Origin: Cyanobacteriota bacterium
GTDB taxonomy: Bacteria > Cyanobacteriota > Cyanobacteriia > Cyanobacteriales > Nostocaceae
Length of the DNA stretch: 64,000 bases
Direction of reading: 5' to 3'
Assembly (NCBI GenBank): GCA_046045965.1
Contig: JBJOKS010000001.1
Span: 1-64,000 of the forward strand
Shown here: positions 43,446 to 52,167 of the stretch, piece by piece
Position numbering within the stretch: position 1 is the first letter of the stretch
Layout of the letters: every line of letters starts with the position of its first letter
Made by a program: the position numbers and the translations under genes
The notes under the pieces: generated by a model
The model's database searches: none
What the model was told of the DNA's origin: nothing
Seen by the model: the letters and a program-made list of their open reading frames with translations, nothing else

Positions 43446-44126
43446 ATGATTTACACAATTTTAGTACCCCAAGGAGCAGAATACCAAGCCGTCTGTCGCG
43501 GTTTAAGTCGTGTTAGAGTTTCTCAATCACAGGTGATAGCTGTTCCCCTGGGTATGCAACCACTGTATCAATTCTTAGAAAAAAATTGCCAACATTTAAA
43601 TCAACTCAATCAAAGAGTGCTACTGATGGGTTTATGTGGGAGCTTAAATCAGCGTTACAGCGTTGGTGATATTGTCATCTATGAAGATTGTGTTTATCAA
43701 GAAAATCTGCGAGAGTGCGATGGTAACTTTACCACAGAGATACATCATCAGCTTGGGGATAAGGTATCTTTTGTTAAGGGATTAACGAGCGATCGCGTGA
43801 TATCCTTAGCAGAAGAAAAACGGAATTTACATCAAAAATCTGGCGTTGATGTTGTCGATATGGAAGGATTCGCGTTTCTAGAATTTTTCCAGCAACTTGG
43901 GGTATCAACAGCAATGTTACGAGTCGTCAGCGATGATGCTCTCCATGATATACCAGACCTCACAACAGCCATCAACGCCGATGGTTCACTCCAACCTTTA
44001 CCCCTGACCTTAGCATTAATCCGCCAACCCCTGGCTGCTACTTGGCTAATTCGCGGTTCCTTACAGGGACTCAAAATATTAGAAACAGTAGCTTACTGTT
44101 TAGCCAGTCCGCAAACTAGGAGCTAG
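43446..44126 (+). CDS. Nucleoside phosphorylase / MTA-SAH nucleosidase family (HpnG-like) protein
   Basis: MGLCGSL, GDIV, VVDMEG, LRVVSD. Confidence 0.85.
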   Translation: MIYTILVPQGAEYQAVCRGLSRVRVSQSQVIAVPLGMQPLYQFLEKNCQHLNQLNQRVLLMGLCGSLNQRYSVGDIVIYEDCVYQENLRECDGNFTTEIHHQLGDKVSFVKGLTSDRVISLAEEKRNLHQKSGVDVVDMEGFAFLEFFQQLGVSTAMLRVVSDDALHDIPDLTTAINADGSLQPLPLTLALIRQPLAATWLIRGSLQGLKILETVAYCLASPQTRS

Positions 44127-44178
44127 ATCCCCGACTTCTTGGAAAAGTCCGGGATCTGGGTATTACACAACTTCAAGC

Positions 44179-44415
44179 TTAAATCGCCGCTTCTTCCCGT
44201 TGAGAATCAAAGAACATCTCGAAAGAACCATCAGGTACGATTTGGCGCAAGTGCTGAATATAACCATCTGCATCTGACCGACTACGGAATCTGGCAACAA
44301 TCACACGCTCTTGATCCGCAACCACACGAGCTATAGCCCAACCATTCAGCCGATTTCTATAAGAAATTGCCTGATTTGTTGATTTGGTATCTTTGTAATC
44401 TGTGTTTTGTGGCAT
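44179..44415 (-). CDS. Small hypothetical protein of a multi-copy Nostocales family
   Basis: W.I.R...VARFRSRSDADGY motif; ATG at 44415 preferred. Confidence 0.6.
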   Translation of the reverse strand: MPQNTDYKDTKSTNQAISYRNRLNGWAIARVVADQERVIVARFRSRSDADGYIQHLRQIVPDGSFEMFFDSQREEAAI

Positions 44416-44804
44416 GATTATATTATCCGTATGAATTTGATTGATTGGCGTTGGTGCGTCTCTTAGGGGGGATAGCACTAGCGCCTTTAATTGATGATGC
44501 CACCTTGTTATTACATAATTCTTGGATTGTCAATACTTAGTGCAACAAATTTGTTTTCCTCAGCAATAAAACTGAGATGAATAGAGTTTACAGAATTGTC
44601 AGGATACACAAAGTAATTTCACTAAAACAGTGCTGAATATTTTGTAAATAAAACCACATCTATTTTAGTAAAAAAATTACATCATACTTAAATATTAATT
44701 GGTCAATCAATATAGCATTCTTTAATGATATGTGAGAGAATATGGTGCGTATTCTTCCTTACCTATTGCTAAGAGTAAGTTGACAAATCGAACAGGAATG
44801 CTAT

Positions 44805-45791
44805 ATGAGATTAACTACATCAATTTTGCAGAAAGTAGCTAGAGAAATGGGTGCTACTGTTTTAATAGAACCTGAATATGAACTAATTGGACATATTACA
44901 TTTCCCAACGGGAAAAAAACCGTTTTTGATAATACTAGACTTAATATTAACGGGTTTGGTTCTGCAAATTTAGCTCAAGATAAAGGCTTCTCTAATTATT
45001 TTTTGCAGCAACTTGGTTACCGAGTTACAGAAGGAAAAACATTTTTCAATGAGAAAATGTGTGCAAAAATAGCCAACCCTAGAAATATCCATGATGGTTG
45101 GGATTACGCCCAGCAATTAGGATTACCTGTAATTGTTAAGCCGTTAAATCTCAGTTTAGGAATCTTAGTTACCAAGGTATATGAAAAATCCGAATATTAT
45201 GAAGTAGGAGAAAAAATTTTTCAGATTCATTCTGGCTTAATAGTAGAAAGATTTTATAGCGGTAATGACTTTAGAATCCTAGCATTAGATAATGAAATAA
45301 TTGCTGCTTATCAAAGAATCCCTTTATCTGTAACTGGTGATGGTAATTCTACTATTTTGGAATTACTGCAAAGCAAACGCGAAGAATTAATCAAAACTGG
45401 TGAAAAGATATTAATTGATTTAGAAGATTTTCGCATTATTCAAAAATTAAACAAACAAAATCTCACTTTTAATAGTGTACTTGCCAAAGATACTAGAGTT
45501 TATCTTTTAGATAATGCTAATCTATCTACTGGAGGTGATTCAGTAGATTTGACTGATAAAATTCATCCTGATTTTCAGAAATTAGCGATTAATATTACTA
45601 AAGATATGGGTTTGAGACTAGCAGGTGTAGATATCCTCACCAATGATATTACTCAACCATTGCTAGATTATACTCTGTTGGAAATTAATAGCGCCCCTGG
45701 TTTAGCTCATTATGCTTTCCTTGGTGAGATGCAAATACAGAAAGTAGAAGATTTATATCGCAAAATTTTGCAAGCATTAGAAAAAGAATAA
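44805..45791 (+). CDS. Stand-alone ATP-grasp ligase (cyanophycin synthetase N-domain / GshAB-like)
   Basis: DKG, PVIVKP, ANLSTGG, AGVD, LEINSAPG. Confidence 0.85.
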   Translation: MRLTTSILQKVAREMGATVLIEPEYELIGHITFPNGKKTVFDNTRLNINGFGSANLAQDKGFSNYFLQQLGYRVTEGKTFFNEKMCAKIANPRNIHDGWDYAQQLGLPVIVKPLNLSLGILVTKVYEKSEYYEVGEKIFQIHSGLIVERFYSGNDFRILALDNEIIAAYQRIPLSVTGDGNSTILELLQSKREELIKTGEKILIDLEDFRIIQKLNKQNLTFNSVLAKDTRVYLLDNANLSTGGDSVDLTDKIHPDFQKLAINITKDMGLRLAGVDILTNDITQPLLDYTLLEINSAPGLAHYAFLGEMQIQKVEDLYRKILQALEKE

Positions 45792-45800
45792 ATTTGGGAA

Positions 45801-45930
45801 TAAGTAAGTAGGCACGAAAAAACCAAGCAAGTACAAAAATGTAAAATGGCTAAAAACCTCTTCCCTCCAGCATAGCTGCCCCCTGCCTCCTGCCTTGCCC
45901 TAACGACAATTTTTAACGCCTACCTACTTA
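45801..45930 (+). mobile_element. ~130-bp MITE, copy A
   Basis: TIR TAAGTAAGTAGGC...GCCTACCTACTTA; inverted homologue at 46749..46879. Confidence 0.8.
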
Positions 45931-45967
45931 ATTCAGGAGTCAGGAGTTTTGACTCCTTGCATTTAGC

Positions 45968-46318
45968 TCACCAATTTTTACCTAATAGAGATTCAAATTC
46001 TGCTTGTAACGCTTTCATATCTGCCACTCTAGCCACTATCAAATTATCTCTTCCAGCATCTTTTAACCTGGTTTTCCAATATTGAATACTTTCTGCATTG
46101 TTTAACCAAAACTCAATCACAGTATCTACTACTTGATCTAAATTCCAACCTCCAGTTGGTGGAACTGATTCCACAGATTCTAGAAACGCATCTAGTGTAC
46201 AAGTCTGGGTTCCCAAATATTCCACACGTTGGGGCTGAGGTTTTTGCATATTTTGTTGTTGGTGATCGAAAAAGTACAAAACTGGAGATACTCCTACAAT
46301 GTCGAAAGTATATTCCAT
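45968..46318 (-). CDS. Conserved cyanobacterial hypothetical protein
   Basis: 116-aa ORF with GGAGG RBS. Confidence 0.75.
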   Translation of the reverse strand: MEYTFDIVGVSPVLYFFDHQQQNMQKPQPQRVEYLGTQTCTLDAFLESVESVPPTGGWNLDQVVDTVIEFWLNNAESIQYWKTRLKDAGRDNLIVARVADMKALQAEFESLLGKNW

Positions 46319-46548
46319 TTAGTCCTCCAAATCAGTTGTCGGTGGGATAAGGTAAGAGGCAGGATTTTGAATTTATTTTTCCCCTATTCCCTATGTCCTA
46401 TTCCCTGTTTTGATGATTAAGTGTGGCAGGGGAGATACAGGCTATTAAAAATAAAATATGATTGCTATGTATTCAAATATAACTACAAAAACTGAGAATT
46501 ACAACCTCAATGACAGGTTTTTTAAATTCTGCAAAATTTATTTATAAT

Positions 46549-46575
46549 TTAGCACTTGTTGACTAAGAGTGCTAA
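46549..46575. promoter_or_regulatory. CIRCE element (HrcA operator)
   Basis: TTAGCACTT-GTTGACTAA-GAGTGCTAA, 17/18 match to TTAGCACTC-N9-GAGTGCTAA. Confidence 0.75.
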
Positions 46576-46650
46576 TTTTTAGGCAATTTTTTGATGTATT
46601 ATCAAATAGTTTCCAGCCTTAATTAAGGAGTGGAGATGATTTTTAATAGT

Positions 46651-46743
46651 TTTTTAACTTACCTTTGGGGGTGAAAGTCCCCGGCTTCTACAAGCAGCGG
46701 GTTTTGCGTCGGGGTAAAATCCCCGTTGCAAAACGTAATTCTA
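46651..46743 (+). repeat. Dispersed GC-hairpin repeat, long form
   Basis: Short form lacking 43 nt at 47454..47503. Confidence 0.75.
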
Positions 46744-46748
46744 CATTC

Positions 46749-46879
46749 TAAGTAGGTAGGCGTTAAAAATTGTCGTTATGACAAGGCAGGAGGCAGGAGG
46801 CAGCTATGCTGGAGGGAAGAGGTTTTTAGCAATTTTACATTTTTTTACATACCTTGGTTTTTTCGTGCCGACTTACTTA
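46749..46879 (-). mobile_element. ~130-bp MITE, copy B (inverted relative to A)
   Basis: Reverse complement aligns along the whole of 45801..45930. Confidence 0.8.
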
Positions 46880-46934
46880 AATTCTAAATTCTTCATTCTT
46901 TTAACACTGACTACTGATAACTGAATATCAGCAA

Positions 46935-47438
46935 CTAGGGGCAAAACAAAGTATCCCGTGTATCCCTACCCGTTACAGGATTAGTACCTTTAGCCAGCTT
47001 GCATAATTTTTTTTGCTCATCTGGACGCAGCAGCGCATCAGTAAAATCTGCACCATCAACTATCGCACCATCAAATTTAGCACTAGCAGCAAACGCACCT
47101 TCTAAAACTGCATTGGTTAAATTTGCTTTAATCAGACGTGCAGAATCCAAGGTAGCATTAGTAAGATCAGCCCCGGTCAAGTTCGCTGACTCTAGATTTG
47201 CCGCAAAGAAGCTCACACCACGCAAGTTAGCACCACTGAAATTGCTCTGACGAAGATTAGCTTTAGTAAAGCTAGAGTCTGTTAAATCACGTCCAGAAAA
47301 ATCTGCTTCAATCAAGATTTCTTTGTTGTATTCTAGTGCCAAAGCCGTTGATGCTAAACCTACTAATGCTGTTATGGGAACAACAGCCCAAAGCAGTAAA
47401 CTGAGTATGAGTGAGAAAAATTGATACTTAGGATTCAT
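46935..47438 (-). CDS. Pentapeptide repeat protein (lumenal type, signal peptide)
   Basis: A(D/N)LxX repeats; C-terminal [20 protein letters not shown]. Confidence 0.92.
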   Translation of the reverse strand: MNPKYQFFSLILSLLLWAVVPITALVGLASTALALEYNKEILIEADFSGRDLTDSSFTKANLRQSNFSGANLRGVSFFAANLESANLTGADLTNATLDSARLIKANLTNAVLEGAFAASAKFDGAIVDGADFTDALLRPDEQKKLCKLAKGTNPVTGRDTRDTLFCP

Positions 47439-47537
47439 GGTATTTTTTGAGTATTTTTAACTTACCTTTGGGGGTAAAATCCCCGTTGCAAAACGTAATT
47501 CTAAATTCTAAATTCTAAATTCTGCATTCTGTTAATC

Positions 47538-48047
47538 ATGGCTAAACCTCCTCCATCTAATTATGCTGATATCGGTGACTTAGGAGAAGACCTAGTAGCA
47601 CAATGGTTAAAATCTACAGGTTGGGAAATTCTGCACCGTCGCTTTTCTTGTCGCTGGGGAGAAATTGATATTATTGCCCAGTATCACGATATAAAAGCAA
47701 CAGCAAACCCGCAAACCGTCAATCATCAAAACTCAATACTGGCATTTGTAGAGGTGAAAACTCGCAGTATAGGTAGTTGGGATGCAGGAGGAAGAAATGC
47801 TATCACCCCACAAAAGCAAGCAAAACTCTGTAGCACTGCTGAAATATTTTTAGCTCAGTATCCTGAAAAAGCTGATTACCCATGTCGCTTTGATGTAGCT
47901 ATTGTCTTTTCTCAACGCTTGTCAAAAAACCTGGATGGGGCGATTGTTACCCCAGAATACCTTGCTAGTTTATCAATAGATGGGTATAATTTGAAGCTGC
48001 TTGAATACATCCCAGCAGCTTTTGATATGTCAATCATAAATTGGTAA
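47538..48047 (+). CDS. YraN (UPF0102) family protein
   Basis: GEIDII, FVEVKTR, RFDV. Confidence 0.92.
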   Translation: MAKPPPSNYADIGDLGEDLVAQWLKSTGWEILHRRFSCRWGEIDIIAQYHDIKATANPQTVNHQNSILAFVEVKTRSIGSWDAGGRNAITPQKQAKLCSTAEIFLAQYPEKADYPCRFDVAIVFSQRLSKNLDGAIVTPEYLASLSIDGYNLKLLEYIPAAFDMSIINW

Positions 48048-48132
48048 TTGGTCAGTAGTCAGTAGTCAGTAGTCAGTAGTTGTTGAAAATTATTTACGCT
48101 GCTCTCTGTCACCTATCACCTATCACCTATTT

Positions 48133-48522
48133 TCAAGCTAAAGTTTCTGGACAATAGCCCAAACCTCGGACAAATTGTTGCCGGAATGCTTCGATTTCCT
48201 CTTTTTCTGGACTGCCATGAGATACAATAGCTACTTGGTAGCGGCGCATCACATCCACGGGATACTGTCCCGCTTCCAAGCTCCAAAGTGCCATTTGTAC
48301 CCTCATGGGTGGCTCATAACTAATTCCTAATTCATTGAAGAAAGCTCGAAAATCACCATCTTCTTGGGCTGAAATTGGATCTCTCAGTTTTATTCTTACT
48401 ACCCAACCATCTATTTGATGAATTACGGTGATGAAGGAAACAGGAGTTTGGGGTCGGTTGTGCAGGTGTTGAACGACCCTGAGCGTTAGACTAGCATTTG
48501 CCAGGTAATATAAATATTCCAT
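48133..48522 (-). CDS. Conserved cyanobacterial hypothetical protein
   Basis: MEYLYYLANASLTLR...GLGYCPETLA; ATG at 48522 preferred. Confidence 0.75.
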   Translation of the reverse strand: MEYLYYLANASLTLRVVQHLHNRPQTPVSFITVIHQIDGWVVRIKLRDPISAQEDGDFRAFFNELGISYEPPMRVQMALWSLEAGQYPVDVMRRYQVAIVSHGSPEKEEIEAFRQQFVRGLGYCPETLA

Positions 48523-48745
48523 AATGGTGTTTGGGATCAAATCCAATCCTACATTTATATCTTCCTGGATCAAGGATAGTTCCCGGTAGGGTAAAAGTCC
48601 CCGTTTTTGTATGGGGAGATTTACCCAATTTTAGTGATTGGGGAAGAAGTGATAGGTGATTGGGAAAATTTATTACCCGTTACCTGTTACCCGTTACCTG
48701 TTCCCTGTCTCAACCAGTGAATTTCATTTTGTCCGACTACTTCTT

Positions 48746-49157
48746 ATGACTCGCTTTATACACGATTAATGCGCTCAACAATATCTCACAGAACTATTAA
48801 CACCTTACGGAGAAGTAGAAACCAGCAAAGATATCACCGCCGAAGTCAGACAAATTGACGTATTATTTATACCCTCACTCCCAACTACACAAAGTCTAGA
48901 AACATTGGGATTACTAGGAAAAATGGCTACAAATTATGCCATCTTTGAACCATTCCGTAACAATACTGTTCGGTTAAGAGTTTTCGTAGGTTGGGTTGAA
49001 CAAAGTGAAACCCAACAAACCCTTGTAAATGTTGGGTTTCCTATCGTCAACCCAACCTACATCTACAAATTATGCCATCTTTGAACCATTCCGTAACCCT
49101 GTCAGTAGGAGTGAAATTTGCAGTTTTATGGGTAAACTATTTGACGTTCATGCAGAC
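48746..49157 (+). pseudogene. Disrupted member of a multi-copy cyanobacterial PD-(D/E)xK-like (Rpn-like) family
   Basis: MTRFIHD*...EVRQIDVLF...LGLLGKM...FEPFRN; early stop, internal insertion and 3' truncation. Confidence 0.7.
48962..49062. mobile_element. 101-bp insertion with a GTAG-REP hairpin, flanked by a 35-bp direct duplication
   Basis: CTACAAATTATGCCATCTTTGAACCATTCCGTAAC at 48927..48961 and 49063..49097. Confidence 0.8.
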
Positions 49158-49213
49158 GGGAGCAACGCGATTTTGTGAAGTCGGGTTGCTCCCATTCACA
49201 ATTACTAACTTAC

Positions 49214-49708
49214 TTATTCCTGTTCGAGTAACATAAGAAGCTTCCGCAGCATGGGGATGAATAGTTGCAATTCATCAGCCGTGAATTGAGATAACAGTTG
49301 TTTCTCTTTCTCAAACAGAATAGGCATCACAGTATCCGCAAGCTGTATTCCTTTGGGAGTCAGTTGCACCATTACGCTGCGCCGATCCTCAGCATCACGG
49401 ACACGGGTTACTATCTCATCTTGTTCTAGGCGGTCAATCCGGTTTGTCATTGCGCCTGAAGACAGCATGAGCAAACTATAGAGTTCAGTAGGTTTCAAGC
49501 AAAAAGGTTGTCCCTGTCGTCGCAGTGTGGCTAACACATCAAATGACCACACGTTTAAGCCATAGTCAACCAGTATACTTTCTCGGTGCTTTTCCAGAAG
49601 CCGGGCTATTCGTAGTACCCGCCCAATTATCCCTATGGCTGAGGTATCCAACTGCGGCAATTCCTGTTGCCATTGCTCAAGAATGATGTCAATTCGATCT
49701 TTGTTCAT
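49214..49708 (-). CDS. MarR family regulator, PecS/TamR (UrtR) type
   Basis: DRIDIILEQW, FDVLATLRR, SGAMTNRIDRLE, DRR. Confidence 0.9.
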   Translation of the reverse strand: MNKDRIDIILEQWQQELPQLDTSAIGIIGRVLRIARLLEKHRESILVDYGLNVWSFDVLATLRRQGQPFCLKPTELYSLLMLSSGAMTNRIDRLEQDEIVTRVRDAEDRRSVMVQLTPKGIQLADTVMPILFEKEKQLLSQFTADELQLFIPMLRKLLMLLEQE

Positions 49709-49718
49709 ATTCCTATTT

Positions 49719-49778
49719 TATCTTGACATGAAGATTCTTGACATTTATCTTTATCTAAAGTATCTTGATATCAAGATA
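49719..49778. promoter_or_regulatory. MarR operator array
   Basis: Perfect 18-bp palindrome TATCTTGATATCAAGATA (49761..49778) plus degenerate copies at 49719 and 49746. Confidence 0.8.
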
Positions 49779-49791
49779 TATGTTCACAACC

Positions 49792-50283
49792 ATGACACCC
49801 ATACGTTTAGGTCTTCAGGGATCTGTCCCTAATGGTCAAAGCTACTTATATGTGCTGCTGGCATTGGTAAATGGTGCTATGTTGCCGATTCAAAGCAATC
49901 TCAATGCTCAATTAGCGCGATCGCTCAATTCTGTACCCCTAGCCGCAGATATTTCTTACCTTGTCGGTTCAATTGCGTTGATTAGTTTGTTATGCACAGG
50001 TTGGTTTGGTCATCCAGATTGGTCTGCTTTAGCCAAAGCTCCCCGATGGACTCTGATGGGTGGTTTATTCGGAGTTTGGTATATTACCGCCAGTGCTTAC
50101 TTCACCTCTATTTTGGGGACTACCTTGACTCAGGGGCTAATTATATGTGGACAAGCGATTACTGGTTTGGTGACTGACCATTTTGGCTGGTTAGGAGTTA
50201 ACCGCCGTCGCCTCACAGCTAATCGTCGCCTGGTTCTGGGACTGTTAATTGTGGCAATTTTTCTACTTTCGCTACCAACTTAA
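49792..50283 (+). CDS. DMT family transporter (DUF606/YdcZ), subunit 1
   Basis: G.MLPIQ..LNAQL, W..MGGLFG, GQ...DHFGW. Confidence 0.85.
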   Translation: MTPIRLGLQGSVPNGQSYLYVLLALVNGAMLPIQSNLNAQLARSLNSVPLAADISYLVGSIALISLLCTGWFGHPDWSALAKAPRWTLMGGLFGVWYITASAYFTSILGTTLTQGLIICGQAITGLVTDHFGWLGVNRRRLTANRRLVLGLLIVAIFLLSLPT

Positions 50284-50303
50284 TACTTTTCAGTATCATC
50301 ATT

Positions 50304-50777
50304 ATGGATATTTTATTAGCATTGCTTGGTGCTGGTTCGGCTGGTGGTTTTTCAACAATTGGTACAGCCGTCAATGCTCAATTAAAAACAATACTCCACT
50401 CTCCAATAGCAGCAGCAACAATTAATTTCTTGGTTGGGTTTAGTATCCTCACCGTGTTGTTAGCATTTGGTATTTTCAAATCCTACAATCTGGAATTAAT
50501 AGCCATTACGCCCTGGTGGGCATTTTTAGGTGGTTTGCTAGGTGCAATCTTCGTAACTTTAAGTACCTTAATAGTTCCTAAATTGGGTTTAACTACAACT
50601 ACTTTAGTTGTTGTATTTAGCCAAATGTTTATGTCAATGGTAATTGATCAGTTGGGATGGTTCGGTGCTATTAAATATCCGATTACTACACCCAAGATAT
50701 TAGGAATCGCCACATTAGTAATAGCGATTATAATTAATCAATTGGACAGGAACTATTCTCATAAAAACGTCAATTAA
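50304..50777 (+). CDS. DMT family transporter (DUF606/YdcZ), subunit 2
   Basis: NAQL, PWWAFLGGLLG, Q...IDQLGW. Confidence 0.85.
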   Translation: MDILLALLGAGSAGGFSTIGTAVNAQLKTILHSPIAAATINFLVGFSILTVLLAFGIFKSYNLELIAITPWWAFLGGLLGAIFVTLSTLIVPKLGLTTTTLVVVFSQMFMSMVIDQLGWFGAIKYPITTPKILGIATLVIAIIINQLDRNYSHKNVN

Positions 50778-50846
50778 TGCCTTGGATAATGTTACTCACG
50801 GTAAAATTACACAATTTATTCCCTTACATCTAAAATAGCAAAAACT

Positions 50847-51398
50847 ATGGAATGGCTTAATCAACCTACTAATTGGTCGCATTCTGATCGGCAAATCATC
50901 GTTACAACTGCACCAAAAACTGATTTCTGGCGGATAACTCACTATGGTTTTATTCGTGATAGTGGACATTTCTACTTTGACCGAGTGAATACAGATTTTG
51001 TTGTTGATGTCAAGATCAAAGGAAACTACAAAGATTTATATGATCAGGCAGGAATTATGATTCGTGCTGACGAGAAACATTGGATTAAAACTGGAATTGA
51101 GTATGTAGATGGAGTTCAAAATTTGAGTGCTGTTGTCACTCATAACTATTCAGATTGGTCATTTACACCTTTGTTAAATCCTCCTCATATTTTTCAGCTA
51201 CGGGTTGAGCGATGTCAAGAGGCTATTCATATCGCTTATTTAGATGAACATTCTCGCTATGTTCCCTTGAGAATGGCTTATTTTCCAGTTGAACAAGATA
51301 TTCAAGTGGGAATAATGTGTGCATCACCACAAGGAAATGGATATGAGGTAATTTTTGAGGATTATCAATTAACAAAAAAAGGTGAAAAATCATCATGA
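50847..51398 (+). CDS. DUF1349 family protein
   Basis: TDFWR.THYGF, YDQAG, WIKTGIE, SDWS. Confidence 0.88.
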   Translation: MEWLNQPTNWSHSDRQIIVTTAPKTDFWRITHYGFIRDSGHFYFDRVNTDFVVDVKIKGNYKDLYDQAGIMIRADEKHWIKTGIEYVDGVQNLSAVVTHNYSDWSFTPLLNPPHIFQLRVERCQEAIHIAYLDEHSRYVPLRMAYFPVEQDIQVGIMCASPQGNGYEVIFEDYQLTKKGEKSS

Positions 51399-52027
51399 AT
51401 ATTCAAGATTTAGCTGATGCTATCATCAAAAAGCGAACTGAATTTACAGGAGATAGAGGTTTTTTAGTTGGTGTCAGTGGAATTGATGGTTCTGGCAAAG
51501 GTTATATTACTGAAAAATTAATAACTGTTCTCAATCATCAAAATGTTAATGCTGTCTCGATTAATTTAGATGCTTGGCATAAGTTACCAAGTGAGCGATT
51601 TAATTCGGAAAATCCAGCCCAGCATTTTTACCACAATGCTTTTCACTTTGATGATCTATTTCAGCAATTAATACTACCGTTAAAAAATCAGCGGATGATT
51701 AATTTAACGACTGTGTTAACAGGAATTGCGGGTATACCAGAAACCTATAATTATCAATTTGAAAATGTGGATGTAATTGTGCTGGAAGGGATATTTTTAC
51801 TGAAGCGACCGCTCCAACATTTCTATGATTTTAAAATTTGGATTGATTGTTCATTTGCAACTGCTTTGGAGAGAGCAATTCAGCGCAACCAAGAAGATAT
51901 TTCACCAGAACAGATAATTGAGGATTACCAAACAATTTATTTTCCTGCCCAAAAGGAGCATTTGTCAATTGACAATCCTAAATCAATTGCAGACGTGATT
52001 TATATTAATGATTTGCAGTTAGTTTAA
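51395..52027 (+). CDS. Uridine kinase-like P-loop protein
   Basis: VGVSGIDGSGKG, LEGIFLL. Confidence 0.8.
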   Translation: MNIQDLADAIIKKRTEFTGDRGFLVGVSGIDGSGKGYITEKLITVLNHQNVNAVSINLDAWHKLPSERFNSENPAQHFYHNAFHFDDLFQQLILPLKNQRMINLTTVLTGIAGIPETYNYQFENVDVIVLEGIFLLKRPLQHFYDFKIWIDCSFATALERAIQRNQEDISPEQIIEDYQTIYFPAQKEHLSIDNPKSIADVIYINDLQLV

Positions 52028-52167
52028 TTTGTGTTTTAACAGGATGACTGGATTTGTGTATACCGTCAAAAATTCAGTTTGAAAAGCGATTTCTAATTGC
52101 CGAAAACTTTTCAAACATCCCCTTAGTAGAGACATTAAAAAAACGTCTCTACAAAATCTATAAAGTC

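Noticed and set aside
44179..45791. Graspetide (microviridin-like) precursor plus ATP-grasp pair
   Set aside because: The small ORF is divergent, lacks PFFARFL/TxKxPSD motifs and resembles a common dispersed family; the ligase is cyanophycin-synthetase-like
46636..46674. 12-codon ORF after an AAGGAG RBS downstream of CIRCE
   Set aside because: Runs into a dispersed repeat; no evidence of coding
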